From Paraspadella gotoi (Eukaryota; Animalia; Chaetognatha), in contig CM119263.1 of NCBI GenBank assembly GCA_051294375.1, forward strand, positions 26,551,702 to 26,615,701: a DNA stretch of 64,000 nt, read 5' to 3'. A model generated the notes under the pieces. The model searched no databases, was not told the origin of the DNA, and saw only the letters and a program-made list of their open reading frames with translations. Below are positions 23,400 through 36,393 of the stretch, in pieces. Position numbers and translations under genes: made by a program. Numbering within the stretch: the first letter of the stretch is position 1; every line of letters starts with the position of its first letter.

Positions 23400-25754
23400 C
23401 GGCATTCCTAAATTTTTGAAGGATGTGGAACGAACGGTTGTGGCTGAAGATCAACATTATAAAAGCAAATAAGATTTTGTTGTATATGAAAAATTTATTT
23501 TTTTTATTATATTGGACTTACTCTTTGAACTTTTTCATTAGGGTGTGTCCAATTTTGTAGATATTTGGATTTTCAAACTGCTTGGAGGATTGTAAACCTG
23601 TTATATTTCAAAAAAAGTAAAAAAACATAATTCCTTTGTCAGTCCCGTCCCTTAATCTGCGTTGGACATTCACTTATATGTCAGAAAATCGAATTATGAT
23701 TAAATTATGCCAAAGAAATGAATGTCTGTCCATCCGTCTGTATCTGTCCGTCCATCCCCCTTAGCAAAAACACACCAATTACTTCGTATTAGATGGATGG
23801 ATTGGAATTAATTTGGTGTCTGGGACCTGTTAGGAAATTGTGTGATGAGCTGGAAATAAAGTTTTGATGGAATCGTCCGAGTGGAAATGAGTTAAAATAG
23901 GAAAAAAACAAAAAAATATATTTCACTATTTGAATGGCAACTACTCATTGACTGCATGAGACGATTTTGTATGTGGGTAGGAAAGTGTGATTGAGCAGCG
24001 AAATAAAGTCTCAATGGAATCGTCTGAGTGGAAATTAGTTTATATGGAAAAAAAAAACTGTTTTACTAATTGATTAGTTCTTTTTCTTTTATATTAAATG
24101 TAAATTCAAGTTTTATTAAGTTAATAAAATAATTCCATTAGTTTTAATCAATTAAGTCAATTAAATAATCAATAACTATTAATCAGTCAAATAATTAAAT
24201 AAATTGATTATTCAATCAATCTAATTATCTATTAATTATTTAATCAATCTGTTTAAGCTGCCTCGGTTTAATATCAAAATTGTCTATTTTTGGCTGACTT
24301 TCTCGTAGACAACAATCGAGAATCCCAACGATGTTTTAAATGTTTGAATTCTTTCGAGACAGATGGAGACGAGGAATAACACAGTTTCAATTGTTTGTCA
24401 CAATAAACAACTCGTTAAAATTCACTTAAAAACAGTTTAATAAACAACGTCGCCAGTAAACGAGGCAACTGCTTTCTGACTTTTCTTCAGTTCAAACGTT
24501 TAAAATCAGCCAGATATTCGCTTTCTTCTTCATATTAATCGGGAAACTTGGGACTTTCAGATGTCGAAATCTCTGCCGTCGGACCGTTGAGCCGTCCTGC
24601 CCCCTACGGCGATGCCGCGATTGCGCACCGCGAACGCCAATACACAGTCAATCGTTATCGGCATTATTGTCGTCGTCGCCAATCATCTTTCATTGCTTTT
24701 AATCTTGGTCAGTGACGAAAAAGACTTAAAAACAAACCATTTTGGGAAATTAATTAATTTACTTGAATAAATTAATTAATTTTCCGCTAATTATCGTGGG
24801 GCAGATCCGACATTGTTTGCTTAAACTTGTGAAATTGCTTTTTAACTTCGTTTATTTTTCGTGGCCTTTTACTTGATACAAGTTTAAACTCGCTTATCTT
24901 CGAATTCGTGGCCGATGAAATTTTAGGTTCATCAAGCGCAAGAATCAGACATATACCATTTAAATAGTAAATTAAGGACAACTTATAGTTGGTTAATTGA
25001 GGAAAGAGGGGATGATTCGTCCTGCTGTGTAAAATAATACGAAAAAAATATGAAATGTAGCATTTAATTTAGATAAGAAAGTTATACTGAAGTCTAATTA
25101 AATGAAGCACTCATCGTAGAGATCTTGTTTATTATTACATAGATGTTTCTGATTTGGATCAGCGATATGTGGTATCTCAAAGCTGATTGACGGAAGCAAC
25201 GGACAAAATAATTAGCACAGACTTAATGTTTTCACATTTTCAATGACAAATGTTATTTGATGAATAATTATAAAATACTTTATTTAAAATAATAATAATT
25301 TTATTTTTAAAATCCGCTCAACCGTTCCATTAACTCAATACATCGAATATTGAATGTTTATTATTGATGTTCTTTGCATAGTTTTATTTGTAAATTGTAT
25401 GTTTGGAAGTTTTAAACAAACAACTGAAGCAAGCTTTTTTGCTATTTTGCGCGCGTTTTGGCTATTATGATAATAAACGTTTTATTTGTGAGAAATAAGC
25501 TTTAATATTTTTTACACATTAATATTGGTATATGATATGTATAAACGGTAATATTTCTATTATCAATCTTCAAGCAGACTGAACATCCAAGTATCCAGGA
25601 AAATGTGGGCACACCCTAATGAAAAGTCAAAGTGTAAGTCCAATATCAATAAAAAAAATAAATTTTGAATATACAATAAATCTTACTGCTTTTTTAAACT
25701 TGATCTTCAGCCACAACCGTTCGTCCACATCCTTCAATAATTTAGGAAATGGCC
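23400..25754. mobile_element. Diverged inverted repeats of about 190 bp (23400-23592 and 25562-25754), probably DNA-transposon derived
   Basis: gaaggatgtgga(a)cgaacggttgtggctgaagatcaa...ttttcattagggtgtg recurs in inverted form. TAGGGTGTG also opens the segment at 22569. No target-site duplication seen. Confidence 0.6.
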
Positions 25755-26888
25755 TCTGGCACACAAATGGAGCTATTGTTTTTGTTATTATTTGACTATT
25801 GTTTCATGAAGAGTGTAGGCTTCGGATTATAGATGAGTTGTTTATGCATAATACTTAAAGTCGTGATTTTCCTCCCGAGACTAGGTTTAATTGTAAGCTC
25901 TACGTTTTTGAAAGAAATCTAGAGAGGCATCGGAGGAGGTCGGGAATGAGAGGCGCACTTTATTCCTCATCTGATTCCAAGAGACATAGTTTTGCAATTC
26001 TAATTCCTTTATACGATTGGACAGTGTCAGGAATCAGTAACAATAAGAGGCATCGATAATCAAGCGGAAGTTGCCATAAATTGGGGAAATTTTATTCTAA
26101 TGAAAATCAAAAACTAATTACTTTATTGGCATTATTCATTCCAAGGATTTTGAGGAAATCGTTTAAAAAAAATGTTTACATTGGTTTGTAAAAGCGAATT
26201 TGGTGGGTTTGAATTTTCTTTTTCGTTTTATTTGTCATTATATTTTCATTATATTTTTCTTATAATCATAACATTACTTTATGCTTGTATGATAAAATAA
26301 AGGCATTGATTCATTTTAACAGTATATTGTAAATGTAATTTAAGTGACAAATGATGGGAAATTGATTTTTATATCCAATTAACGAATTGTTTTTTAATTA
26401 CTTTTTTGAATTATTATATTATTATTATTTATTTTTAGTGACTTGTTTTTAATGCTAAGATGAATTTAATGTACCATGTAATATTTCATTAATATATAAT
26501 TTTAATTTACTACTTGTAATGCAATAATATGTTTACTTTTTAAACGATTTTTTTAAAATATTATATTTCGAAATTTTATAAAGTCAATATTTTTAGAAAC
26601 GGACTCTGTTGCAGAATATATACGGTAATATGGTCTCAACCTCAAAGTATTTGATTTCAAAAACAATATTAGAGAAGTATACTTGTCTTTTCCGCCAAAG
26701 CTCTAAACTAAAACAAATTATTCGAAAAGACAAAGACACTAATGATTAAGTCTAGTAAAAAAGTCACGCAGCAAAAGTCAATACAAGATTCAAAATTCGA
26801 GGAAAAACTTTAAACAGCCCAAATTTCTTTTTCCCCAAAGTCACCCAATCTTTTATTGCAATCTTAAAGTTTTTTTAGTTACCTTAGG

Positions 26889-29193
26889 TCACACACTCAC
26901 GAAGAGAGCAGTAAAGACAGACACAGGCGCTTTTTTAAACAAATGGCTGTTCAGGATGGGCCTGAGCTTCATTTTCAACAAACTTTGTTGCATGCAATGT
27001 CGACATAAAATTTGAATTCCTCGAAACCTAAGATTGACGCCCAAAGCGGGCAAGGTTTTACAATGAATTACAGGATCTGTCAATAGTACACGGAGAGATC
27101 CTATTTTTTTGCCCTGGAAGAATCAACCAACAATTAAATAACCTTGGTGGTTACATTCATAAGTCAATGACTAAATGCCTGGTATGAAGCCTGGGAAAGA
27201 TTCTTATCCACCACCAAAACCCCCCAAATTATTTGGTAATTTCTGAAACTCCATCCAAATAATTGGTCTTTTGGAAAATACTCTGAGTCATTTGATTGTT
27301 TAGTTGGTAGATAAGACATTCTTTGCTCCTTTTTGGCTTAACTTTGGCTAAAGCAATTGGCAAAAAAGGATGCTATTGCTTTGTGTTTCCATTTCACTCC
27401 ACGATTTCTCCTTTTATATCTAATTTTTTGTAATCCTTGATGAGCATAGGTTTCCATTTCTTGAATCGTGTTGGCCGCGCTTCTTTGGCGGTGAAAAGCT
27501 ATTTATGTGCCTTCGGCAAATGGGTTCGGAGCAATTCTGAATCACACCATGGCTTGTCCTCATTTCATAAATCCGATTTCACTATTCCGCTATTTTTGAG
27601 CTGGTTTCGGATGCAGGGAGTACCGGAAGAACAAAGCATATTGCCATTCGTTATTCTTATTTTTAATCGGAAATTCAATTCCAGTTTCGGAATATTTTGT
27701 ATCCAATTGTAAACTCTTTCCATTTTACCCCCACCCCTGGAATAAATGTTGCTACAGTCCTGGTTTCTGGGATCATAAATGGAAGATATAATCGTTTTTG
27801 AAATTACAGTTTCATTAGAATATCCAATGACGTCAAATGACATAATTTTAGCCATCACTTGTTACTCAAAATTTCTTTGTTCTATCTATCATTTTGTCAG
27901 TTGAGTTATTTATTCGGAAAACAAATTAAATATGGTTAGAGCTTACTCTGAGCTGTTTCAACAGTATTCTGCTTGAACCTGTTGGGATCGGCCTGCAGGA
28001 TAATCATCCCGACAAAGAATGAAAGCGTTTTTCCATGACGAGGGAGCGTCAGCAATATGGATCAGAATCTGGTCATTGGCGCCGACAATCAAGGGAGATT
28101 GCTTTTGGGAAAGCCCCGGCCAAAGAACGTTCTTCAAGGCCCATCACCCCCTCCGTCCGCTTTCACGTAGAAAATCTTTAAACTGTTTCAAGTGAATCGG
28201 TGAATGGGAGTATGCTGTACTGAGCATAGCTTTTTTCCGCGTCGCAATTGATCCGGTAAAGCGACAAAAGCCAGATTCAGTTCAATGGAATGTTTCCATT
28301 GAGAGTTTGTGACTGTGTCCTTGATTTCGTCCTCGAACCTGAATTAATGTAAGAACCTCATGGTTGCCAGTGGCATCGACTAAAAAGCAAAAATCACTAT
28401 TTGCCGGTTTTTCAAAGTTCTTCAACAGTTGAGCGATTTCCTCCTTCTCTTCATCACGTCGTTTCAACTCTCCTTTTCTTTCTGCTTTGGTGTAGCTTAA
28501 CTCTCTCGTCAAATCCGCCGCCTTGAACTGCTTCCTCCTTTTCCTCTCATTCTCCATTTTTGTATCCTTTTCATTCTCCTTGAGTCTCCTCCGCGTCCGC
28601 GGCTTTCTTCTTCCCCGACTTCTCCCAAAAATCTCCGTCGTCCTTTGGCCTTTTTCAAAGCCTCGTGCATCTTTTTGCGCTCGACTCCTGAGCGTGGGCG
28701 CTCCGAAGGAGTCCGTAACTCTCCATTTTCTCCTCTCACTCTGTCTTTCTTGCGACTTTTCCTATCTCTTTTTGAAGCTTTCTGCATTTCTTGGAGCAAT
28801 AAATCGTCCACATTTCCTCTGACCAACTCTTCGAATCTCTGGACCGCGTCAGTGTGTCCTTCAATTGTGTGTTAGCATCTCGTTCTTTCTTCACCTTTCC
28901 TTTGCCTCTTTTAACATCGCTCAATCTCTTCAAGATCCGCCTTTTTGTCTTCTTCTTTTCTTTAGGTTCATGAGACGCCCCATTCGTCTGGAAGCTTACG
29001 AGATGCTCACTTTTGACTCTCAGGGATTCTTCTCTTTGCCGATCTTAATCCGCTTCTTCTGATCTTAAAGCAGCGACCAAAACGTACTATCTCTTCATCA
29101 TCATCCTCATCGTCTTGGTCGTATTGATCGCAGAATAATTATCTGGCAACCGAATCACGTTAATTTCCGTCATAAATAGTTGGTTTCCTCCAT
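26889..29193 (-). pseudogene. vWA-domain plus alpha-kinase (VwkA-like) gene, apparently intronless and heavily frameshifted (pseudogene or read error)
   Basis: Reading across frameshifts: acidic/coiled N-terminus, DFCFLVDATG (MIDAS-like), VKADGGGDG and ILIHIADAP, then kinase motifs IAPNPFAEG, QAFSH, LIV.D.QG, LLTDPVIHC, NL.FRGI and a terminal His/Cys cluster. Confidence 0.8.
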
Positions 29194-31195
29194 GATTGTT
29201 CCTTTTTTCTTAAAAAGCTTAACATACTGTAGTTTAAAAAAATATTTTTTTTGGGGATTTACGTATTTAACATTGAATTGATTCGAGAAAAAAATAGAAA
29301 AAATAAAATTTTTTAAATGTCATATTTACGAGAGTGCTTCACGTCCATTGATAGTACTGCTTCCCTCGCGATAATAAATAAGGCTATTTTTCCCCTGAAT
29401 TTTGACTGTCTCCGATAGATTAAAAGACCTCCATGCCAAGACTTTTTCCAGTCTAATTTTTATTAGTTGACTTGGCCCTGAAAAGGCTTCGTATAATTTA
29501 GTCATATGGTATTGGAGTCCATAACCTCAAAACTTTCCAATTTGTATGAGAAAAAAATCTTGATTTACGTTTATTAAAGATTGATAATTTTATAAAGGGA
29601 TTGTTGTACCAAACTTCAATAACTTCAGTTCTATAACGCATTTACAACCAATTTTTTTGAGGGTTTAATCCCTGACGGCATATTGTGGGACGAAGTTGCT
29701 GTAAACGCTCCTTGAAGTCAATTTTTGGTTAGTTTGTTTTTGCCTCTCCGCAGAGAGAGGCAATCAACGGGAAAGTCGAACTTGATATTTAAAAAAAAAA
29801 TCGACAACCTTATTATTTACGGCAAAAGCAAAAATAGCGAAATACGCAAATTATTGATAGATAAAATTTAACTATGTTAAATATTTATTTTGATAAGATT
29901 GCCGAAATATTTTAGTTTTAGACATTAAAACCGCTTTCAATTGTTAAGTAGGAAAGCTAAAATGGAACAGTCGGGATTTCCAAAGAAAAACGAGAAGAGT
30001 ACTATCGGCGTATGAAATTTTTTTTCATTCTCTCAGTTGATTTCCTATTCGTAGCTACCACGAAAAGCATGGTCGACCGTCTGAGGGAGGTAAAAAATTG
30101 ATACTTGTTTTTAATTCTAACTTTTATTTTTTCTTTCAGAAGAAAAGAAAGCAAGAAAAATAGAAGAAAGGAACAGAACAGATGTAAAAAGAAAAGAAAG
30201 GAAAGAATTATGCCAGTTCAACAAACCTGAATAATTTTTTTCTTGGTCGATGATTCAGTGAAATCTTTATCTCTCTCTTCTCTGCTCTCTCTCTCTCTCT
30301 TTTCTCTCCCTCCTCTCTCTCTGTTCTCTCTCTTCTCTTCTCCCTTCTCTCCCTCTTTAGTAGCCTCTTTTTGCGTTTACTTATACTAATATGTACGTGA
30401 AGTAAAGCTTTTTATTTTTGGGTATTTTAATGTTTTTCATTACTGTTTTTTTTTTTATGAGACTCTCACTTATCTACTTTGAATCATTTATACTTTCACG
30501 TTTCTTCTTTTTTCACCTCTCTTTATTCATTTCTCTAAATTTTTTTAAATTTCAATTTGTTTTCGCTTAAGTCATGCCCATCAATTTTTGGGTTTTTATC
30601 TCTTTAACCAATGGTGAGTTTTACGTTAAGTGAGAAAGGGACAGTACAGGAGGGAAGGAGGGAGGTTAGATTGGGAGAGGGAGAAGATGAGGAGAAGAGA
30701 GAGGAAAAGAAGCGAATAATTAACGGCAGTGAAAGCTCGTTGTAAATGCGCCATGCCAACATCATTCCTTCGTGCCTGACAACATCACTCGTTCACGTTC
30801 CACAACATTATTTGTTTAAAATATGTTTTCTACCCTTCTGCTCAACAAGCCACTTTCTTCTTTCTTTCTTTCTTTTTCTTCTTCACCCAGTCTCCTCCTC
30901 CTCCTCCTTACCTTCTTCTCACTGTCTTGGCGCTGGGTTCCTCATCCTCCATTATTGTCAGGGTCTTGGCTTCCCCTCACGATGCATTCTCCTCCTGTTC
31001 CTCCTCCTCATCTATCTCTAGTCTCATTCTCTTAACATCAATATGTATGTGTAGTTTTTTGACCCAAGATTTTCCAGCCACGAGTTTGAATTCGGGATGA
31101 TATTCAACCATATTGAATCGTTACATAACTTAATTCGAAGTTTGTTTAATTATACTTGAGAGTCGATTCAATAATTAATAAAATAATAAATTAAA

Positions 31196-31270
31196 GCGTG
31201 ATGACTCAGGATCGAACCCAGGACTTTTCAGCCATGAGCAGCGATCCCAGCCAGAGTCAGCCACTGGTAC
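31196..31270 (-). mobile_element. tRNA-derived SINE head / tRNA-like relic
   Basis: A-box-like TGGCTGACTCTGG and B box GGGTTCGATCC; no full cloverleaf. Confidence 0.5.
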
Positions 31271-32555
31271 AATAAAGATGATATTGACTCAGGGCTTTTT
31301 TAATGGTTAATGCCTATCTTATAGTGTCCATGCCTTTGTTGTACTAAAAAAAGAACACCAAGTAAATAAGTCGTGATTCCTTTTTATTTGTTTCCCATCT
31401 GGGCTGACTTATTTTGATAACTTCCATAACTTCCTGGAAAAACCTAACAAAGGAATTTTTATTGGAAGCAGGGCTTGTTATACTTTATTATTTGTGTAAT
31501 GAACATTTGTTAATTTCGTTGATTAATTAATTAATTAATTATTATTCTTTATTGTTGCAATTTTGCATATGATATTACGTAAGGCTAATTAGCTATGAAA
31601 AATTAGTCGGGAGAAACATTCCTAGAGGCAAGAACTAAAATATCTTAAAAAGTCGTAAAATTGCTTTTGGAGCTACTTTGGATGGTTTTAATTAGCCTAC
31701 AAACCTACGCAAGTAATTAGAGCCGGATTTTTACTTGAAACCTGAATCCCGATACTTTTGGTGCTAATGATTCATTAAAAAATTCAAACTTCGTGACTCT
31801 GTTATGATTTTTGGATCACAAAATTTTAATATTTGTTGATTTAAATGTGCTTTAGATGTCCATACGGAACGCAAAGGAAGTTCTGAACAAATAAACAGAT
31901 CCAAACGAAATAAAAATATTTCTTAGTTATCATAGTGCTTGGATGAAACATTGCTGAGATCCTTTTCTGACCCTTTGCCTGATGAGCAAGATTTTTCCCC
32001 TTGAAAAATAAGGATAAAAGAGATCCATAGAACCCCGTTTGCTTCCGCTTGTTGCCACCTTCCCATTGCATCTCAAACTTTGAAATGTTAGCGGATATCT
32101 ATCATGATAGTTATCATGAACTTTTCAATCTCCTCCACGAAATTAAAATTAAAGATATTTTTGTTCGGAATTCTTTCTTGAACGTTCTACTAACTCCATC
32201 TCCAGGAAAGAACTAAAACTTTGTCTCAATGTCGGTATCTTGATTTTTGGAACTTTGAGAGACTTTTGCGAAACTGAATTTAGAGTAGAATGAAAAAACT
32301 AGCACGCCAGCTTTTTTATAACTTTTAACTTTTTTCAAATTTTCTTTTTCTCCCCTTCTTTCCTTTCTTTTGTTTACCATTTGCTTTCTCTTTTTTTATT
32401 TTCTTTCTTCTTTAAATAAAAATCGTTGTTAAAGAAAAACAATTATTGAAAATATTTTTTTTCTAAATATTCTTTCCTTTTCTTAAGCTAGATTTTCCCC
32501 CCCTGCCTTCCTCTCCTTGCCACCGTAACCACCCCTGACCCACCACCCCTGCCAG

Positions 32556-32679
32556 TTCCGAACCACCCCACGAATCTCCAAGGCCAAGCCGTTTCGGCCA
32601 CCTCCATTCAGCTGCGGTGGAATCGTCCGTCGACGGACGATCCGGAGAAAATTACTTCTTACGAACTCTACTGGAACAG
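32556..32679 (+). CDS. Lar: LAR exon, start of FN3-3
   Basis: ccag|VPNHPTNLQGQAVSATSIQLRWNRPSTDDPEKITSYELYWN; continues the phase-1 junction from 11503. Confidence 0.93.
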
Positions 32680-33054
32680 GTTTGAATATAACAATAGATA
32701 AATATTTGAATAAATTAATGTGTTAAAGAATTGAGTGTTCGTTTAAAAAAATTTTTGTGCAGAAATAGTGAGTTTTATGGAGTGTGATTTTTTGTTACTA
32801 TTATGTAACTCCTGACTGGGAGGGGATGGCAAAGTAACATCTGGATTCTTAAAGTCTCAAGTAAAAAATTTGTAACTCAACCTTGTTCTGAAAAATTGTA
32901 AAAACGTCTCACCGTGGACTATTTAATACAGAAATAATTTATTTTTAGACTACCGGGCAGGTTTATTTTTAATTAATGAATCAAAAAATTAAATAGTCAA
33001 ATTGAATATAAGAATGTTAAAAAAAACTCCGAATTTTTGCTCTTCTACCTCTAG

Positions 33055-33218
33055 CACAATGTCACGTCGACAGCACCACCGCACCATCCCGGCCAACGAA
33101 GCGTTTCTCCTTGAGGCGCTCCAACCTAATTCGGAGTATCACATCCGGGTGGCGGCGCGGTCAGAGACCGGGGAGGGTCCGCCCTCGGCTCCGCTCACAG
33201 TCAGAACAGAGCAGTATG
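33055..33218 (+). CDS. Lar: LAR exon, end of FN3-3
   Basis: STMSRRQHHRTIPANEAFLLEALQPNSEYHIRVAARSETGEGPPSAPLTVRTEQY|gtgagt. Confidence 0.93.
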
Positions 33219-33977
33219 GTGAGTTCAAATTTCCTTACCATCTTCTATTTTCACAGGAAGAGGTGAAAGCGTTGCGAACTAAGATTTTTAAAATATATTT
33301 NNNNNNNNNNNNNNNNNNNNNNNNNNNNNNNNNNNNNNNNNNNNNNNNNNNNNNNNNNNNNNNNNNNNNNNNNNNNNNNNNNNNNNNNNNNNNNNNNNNN
33401 NNNNNNNNNNNNNNNNNNNNNNNNNNNNNNNNNNNNNNNNNNNNNNNNNNNNNNNNNNNNNNNNNNNNNNNNNNNNNNNNNNNNNNNNNNNNNNNNNNNN
33501 NNNNNNNNNNNNNNNNNNNNNNNNNNNNNNNNNNNNNNNNNNNNNNNNNNNNNNNNNNNNNNNNNNNNNNNNNNNNNNNNNNNNNNNCAAATAATCATTG
33601 TCGGTGTTTTGTAATTGGTTATCTGATAGATTAAGAAGCAGTTTAATCCTAAATATCTTAATTAAGCTAATCGGAATCTTCTATTTGCGACGATTAAAAA
33701 TTACAAGTAGAACGTTGACGTCAAAGAAAGAAAAAAAAAATAAAAGAGGAACTCTTAAAATATTTTTTATAAAAGAAATAAGTTCCAGTCGACGAGTATG
33801 TTGAAGCACCGGATGTGTAACCGGCACGGCACTCGGCCGCCACACGTGCGCTACGTCGATGATCCCGAGTTGTTGGCGCGAGAGGCGGCGTTGGACGCGC
33901 AGCGCCCAGCGTGAGAAGAAGGGCGGGGCAGAGATTGCGGGGCCGAGAAAGCGGGAATGAGAAGAAAGGTCCTGAGT

Positions 33978-34160
33978 TAATTAGGTTAATAGGTTAGGGA
34001 AATGGGTTAGGGATTAGGGTCAGGGGTTAAGGGTTAAGGATTTGGTTAAAATTTGATTAAGGATAAGGGTTAGGTATTACGGTTTTGGATTAAGGGATAA
34101 GGTTAGGGATTAAGGTAAAGATAAGGGTTCGGGATTAGGTTAGGATTAGGTATTAGGGTT
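33978..34160. repeat. Degenerate TTAGGG/TTAGG-like array in the presumed intron before the VEGF-like exon
   Basis: ggttagggattagggtcaggggttaagggttaagg... Confidence 0.75.
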
Positions 34161-34219
34161 GAGGAATAAGAACAGAAAAGGGGAACTTTAGGAAATTAGT
34201 GCCGCGTTTCAAGATTCAG

Positions 34220-34760
34220 GTCCCCTTCCCTCACTCCACACTCACCCCCCCCCAACAAAAGCGCCCCCCGCGACTTCGACGCCCCGGATCCCGACTTCGT
34301 TCCCTGCATGTCTCGCAGGGAAGAGGACGCCCCCTGCAACTGGGGCCTCGGCGCCGCCCTGGCCAAACAGTGGGAAGAGATCCGCACGGAGGCCAAGTTC
34401 CTGGGAGAGAACTCTCTTGAGAGCCTCTACCAGGCCTCCTACTGCAGGCCCATCGACTGCGTGGAGGTCGTCGAGGGCCACGGCGGCGGCAGCGGCGGCC
34501 GCTGTCTCAAGCCCAGCGAACGTCGGATGCTGCGCCGCTCGGCTCCGCTGCCCTGCATGCCCGACGGGCTGATTCGCGAAGTGAGGCCCGACACCCAGAT
34601 GGAGGTCGTGGCGGCGACGAGATTCGATCACCGGCTTCATTCGATGTCGTCGGATCCGTGCGACAAGTGCGGCTGCGAGTTGAACATCGGCCAGATGCTG
34701 CACAACGTGGGGGTGTTTAAAGATCGATCCGCGGCGGCAGCGGAGAAGACGATCGTTTAA
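34220..34760 (+). CDS. Terminal exon of a divergent PDGF/VEGF-family-like protein; a probable upstream exon lies at about 33790-33970
   Basis: Open for about 180 codons, with GC3-rich codons. LYQASYCRPI-x18-KPS...MLR...DGL...QMEV...MS..DKCGC parallels VEGF-A VYQRSYCHPI-x18-KPS...LMR...EGL...TMQI...MS..NKCEC. Confidence 0.6.
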
Positions 34761-36393
34761 ATGGAGAGGGAGAGGAAAGAGATAGAAGAGATAGAAGAGA
34801 TAGAAGAGATAGAAGAGAACGGATAGTGAAGAAGGAAAAGAGGTCCGCACATAATGACAAGGATCTTTTCTTTTGACTCCTTTCCANNNNNNNNNNNNNN
34901 NNNNNNNNNNNNNNNNNNNNNNNNNNNNNNNNNNNNNNNNNNNNNNNNNNNNNNNNNNNNNNNNNNNNNNNNNNNNNNNNNNNNNNNNNNNNNNNNNNNN
35001 NNNNNNNNNNNNNNNNNNNNNNNNNNNNNNNNNNNNNNNNNNNNNNNNNNNNNNNNNNNNNNNNNNNNNNNNNNNNNNNNNNNNNNNNNNNNNNNNNNNN
35101 NNNNNNNNNNNNNNNNNNNNNNNNNNNNNNNNNNNNNNNNNNNNNNNNNNNNNNNNNNNNNNNNNNNNNNNNNNNNNNNNNNNNNNNNNNNNNNNNNNNN
35201 NNNNNNNNNNNNNNNNNNNNNNNNNNNNNNNNNNNNNNNNNNNNNNNNNNNNNNNNNNNNNNNNNNNNNNNNNNNNNNNNNNNNNNNNNNNNNNNNNNNN
35301 NNNNNNNNNNNNNNNNNNNNNNNNNNNNNNNNNNNNNNNNNNNNNNNNNNNNNNNNNNNNNNNNNNNNNNNNNNNNNNNNNNNNNNNNNNNNNNNNNNNN
35401 NNNNNNNNNNNNNNNNNNNNNNNNNNNNNNNNNNNNNNNNNNNNNNNNNNNNNNNNNNNNNNNNNNNNNNNNNNNNNNNNNNNNNNNNNNNNNNNNNNNN
35501 NNNNNNNNNNNNNNNNNNNNNNNNNNNNNNNNNNNNNNNNNNNNNNNNNNNNNNNNNNNNNNNNNNNNNNNNNNNNNNNNNNNNNNNNNNNNNNNNNNNN
35601 NNNNNNNNNNNNNNNNNNNNNNNNNNNNNNNNNNNNNNNNNNNNNNNNNNNNNNNNNNNNNNNNNNNNNNNNNNNNNNNNNNNNNNNNNNNNNNNNNNNN
35701 NNNNNNNNNNNNNNNNNNNNNNNNNNNNNNNNNNNNNNNNNNNNNNNNNNNNNNNNNNNNNNNNNNNNNNNNNNNNNNNNNNNNNNNNNNNNNTTGCGGA
35801 ATGTAAATATACGTGTTGTGATGTATCCAAATTTTTAAAAAAATGTGAACTGTTAAAATTTAGACGTCTTAGAAATGATATATTAAATTGGTGACGAATT
35901 GATTAATTTTATTTTTATTCTAAATCGGCTTCGATTGTCCGAAAGCATTTTTCGTTTTTCCCGGCGCTGTCGGGTGGAACATAAAGATTCCGGCGGCGAG
36001 AAATTGTACTTCGTCAATCCGGATTTCGATAATGAGAAGCGGGAATCGGAGAAATCCCAACAGCGATTCTGCGACGCAGGAACTGTCGAGCGAGACTGGA
36101 GAAGCGAGCTTTGTTATGGGGCGTGATATCCGTCTGGGGTGAAAGTGGTTTTGAATGTTGCGAGGCAACACTAGTTGAATTTAATTATCTTGATATTATC
36201 AGTATGATCCCACAGTCAAAAAGAAGAATTTATTAACAGTAGCAGAAAGTTATCAAAAAACCAGTTTCAGAATGAATGGTGCTAAACTTACGCTTACACT
36301 CACACCACCACAAAAAAGCAACAGTTTGACGTCTTATCTCATACATATTTGTATTTTTATTTCTTTTTATATCATAACGCAATCTTGAGTCAT

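Noticed and set aside
31975-32015. CTGATGA...GAAA hammerhead-like core (also near 60663)
   Set aside because: Stem II does not close properly, and no stems I/III were found.
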